This document shows positions 63,617 to 64,000 of a stretch of 64,000 nucleotides of DNA, one piece after another. The translations under genes and the position numbers were made by a program. Each line of letters begins with the position of its first letter. Position 1 is the first letter of the stretch. The stretch lies in NCBI GenBank assembly GCA_000091205.1, contig AP006501.2. One strand, 5' to 3'. The notes under the pieces are model-generated. The model searched no databases and was not told where the DNA came from. It saw nothing but the letters and a program-made list of their open reading frames with translations. The DNA comes from Cyanidioschyzon merolae (taxonomy: Eukaryota).

Positions 63617-64000
63617 GCTGGCAATCTGCCCTGCAGGACAGGGGCGAACAGTACCGATGGTACCACTCTAGGTGCTGCTTTTTCTGCCATAGGATAGTGT
63701 TTGAGCAATGATGGTAAAACGCGCTCTATCGCGAAAAAGCATCCCGCAGCATATTGCCAGGCATTTTTGATATGTGATGGTACCAGATCCACTTATATAA
63801 ACGAGCGGAGTTGCAAAGAAGTATTCGTGTGTGTGAAATCGAGGCACGCCGCGAAATACAGTTTTATGTACCAAGATGTACTGTAGCGCCAATACTTGCG
63901 GAGAGCAATAGCAGCAGCTGCCGGTTACATGAGACTGAGTGAGCAGAGGTTTGCATGCATCTATGCTTCGAAATAGTATTGTGGCTGGGGAGTTGTGGAG

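Noticed and set aside
1-64000. Prokaryotic or organellar origin, or contamination.
   Set aside because: Gene content is eukaryotic nuclear throughout: ADA2, cyclin H, PRP31, THADA, Ubc7, a USP, an SLC25 carrier, and targeting presequences on EF-Tu and POR. Composition is uniform across genes.

Overview
This looks like a nuclear chromosome segment from a GC-rich (about 55% GC), gene-dense, almost intron-free photosynthetic eukaryote. The best fit is a cyanidiophycean red alga of the Cyanidioschyzon type. Supporting points: roughly one gene per 3 kb; long uninterrupted ORFs with eukaryotic domain architectures; a nuclear light-dependent protochlorophyllide oxidoreductase with an N-terminal extension carrying an early Phe (red-algal plastid transit peptides typically do); an organelle-type EF-Tu with a presequence. 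Nothing could be searched against databases, so every identification rests on motif-level recognition of the translated ORFs.

The supplied ORF track uses GTG and TTG starts as well as ATG, so I re-set most gene starts to the first in-frame ATG. Where the track start is already an ATG it is kept.

Recognisable genes, in order along the window: PRP31, a USP-type deubiquitinase, an SLC35/TPT nucleotide-sugar transporter, two paralogous GT25-like type-II membrane glycosyltransferase candidates, a TDT (Mae1/SLAC1-like) transporter, an OS-9/Yos9-like MRH lectin, a TrhO-rhodanese plus O-methyltransferase fusion, a lunapark-like protein, ADA2, a 2,700-aa THADA/Trm732 homologue carrying the RRSAGL motif, thiamine-phosphate synthase, an mL43-like protein, cyclin H, an SLC25A39-like mitochondrial carrier, mitochondrial EF-Tu, Ubc7/UBE2G, protochlorophyllide reductase (POR), and a secreted Kelch-propeller-Hint (Hog) protein.

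Most interesting findings:
1. A single 772-aa polypeptide fuses a TrhO-type tRNA U34 hydroxylase to a TrmR/catechol-type O-methyltransferase. This is a predicted one-protein route to mo5U34.
2. A roughly 3.6-kb insert lies between the UBC and POR genes. It is bounded by ~90-bp direct repeats and carries the decayed remains of a TnpB/Fanzor-like RuvC nuclease gene (DPG ... E ... D-x-N-A-A-x-N), interrupted by frameshifts and in-frame TAG stops and containing 75-bp acidic tandem repeats.
3. A Kelch-Hint gene sits next to a disrupted paralogue in which P-type trefoil-like cysteine modules replace the Hint domain.
4. Several otherwise well-conserved genes carry apparent lesions: a 1-nt frameshift in POR, and in-frame stops in the trefoil gene and the TnpB-like gene. 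These point to pseudogenisation or to consensus sequencing errors.
5. Two satellites (82-bp x5 and 188-bp x4) sit in promoter-proximal positions, and there is a ~6-kb stretch with no recognisable gene.
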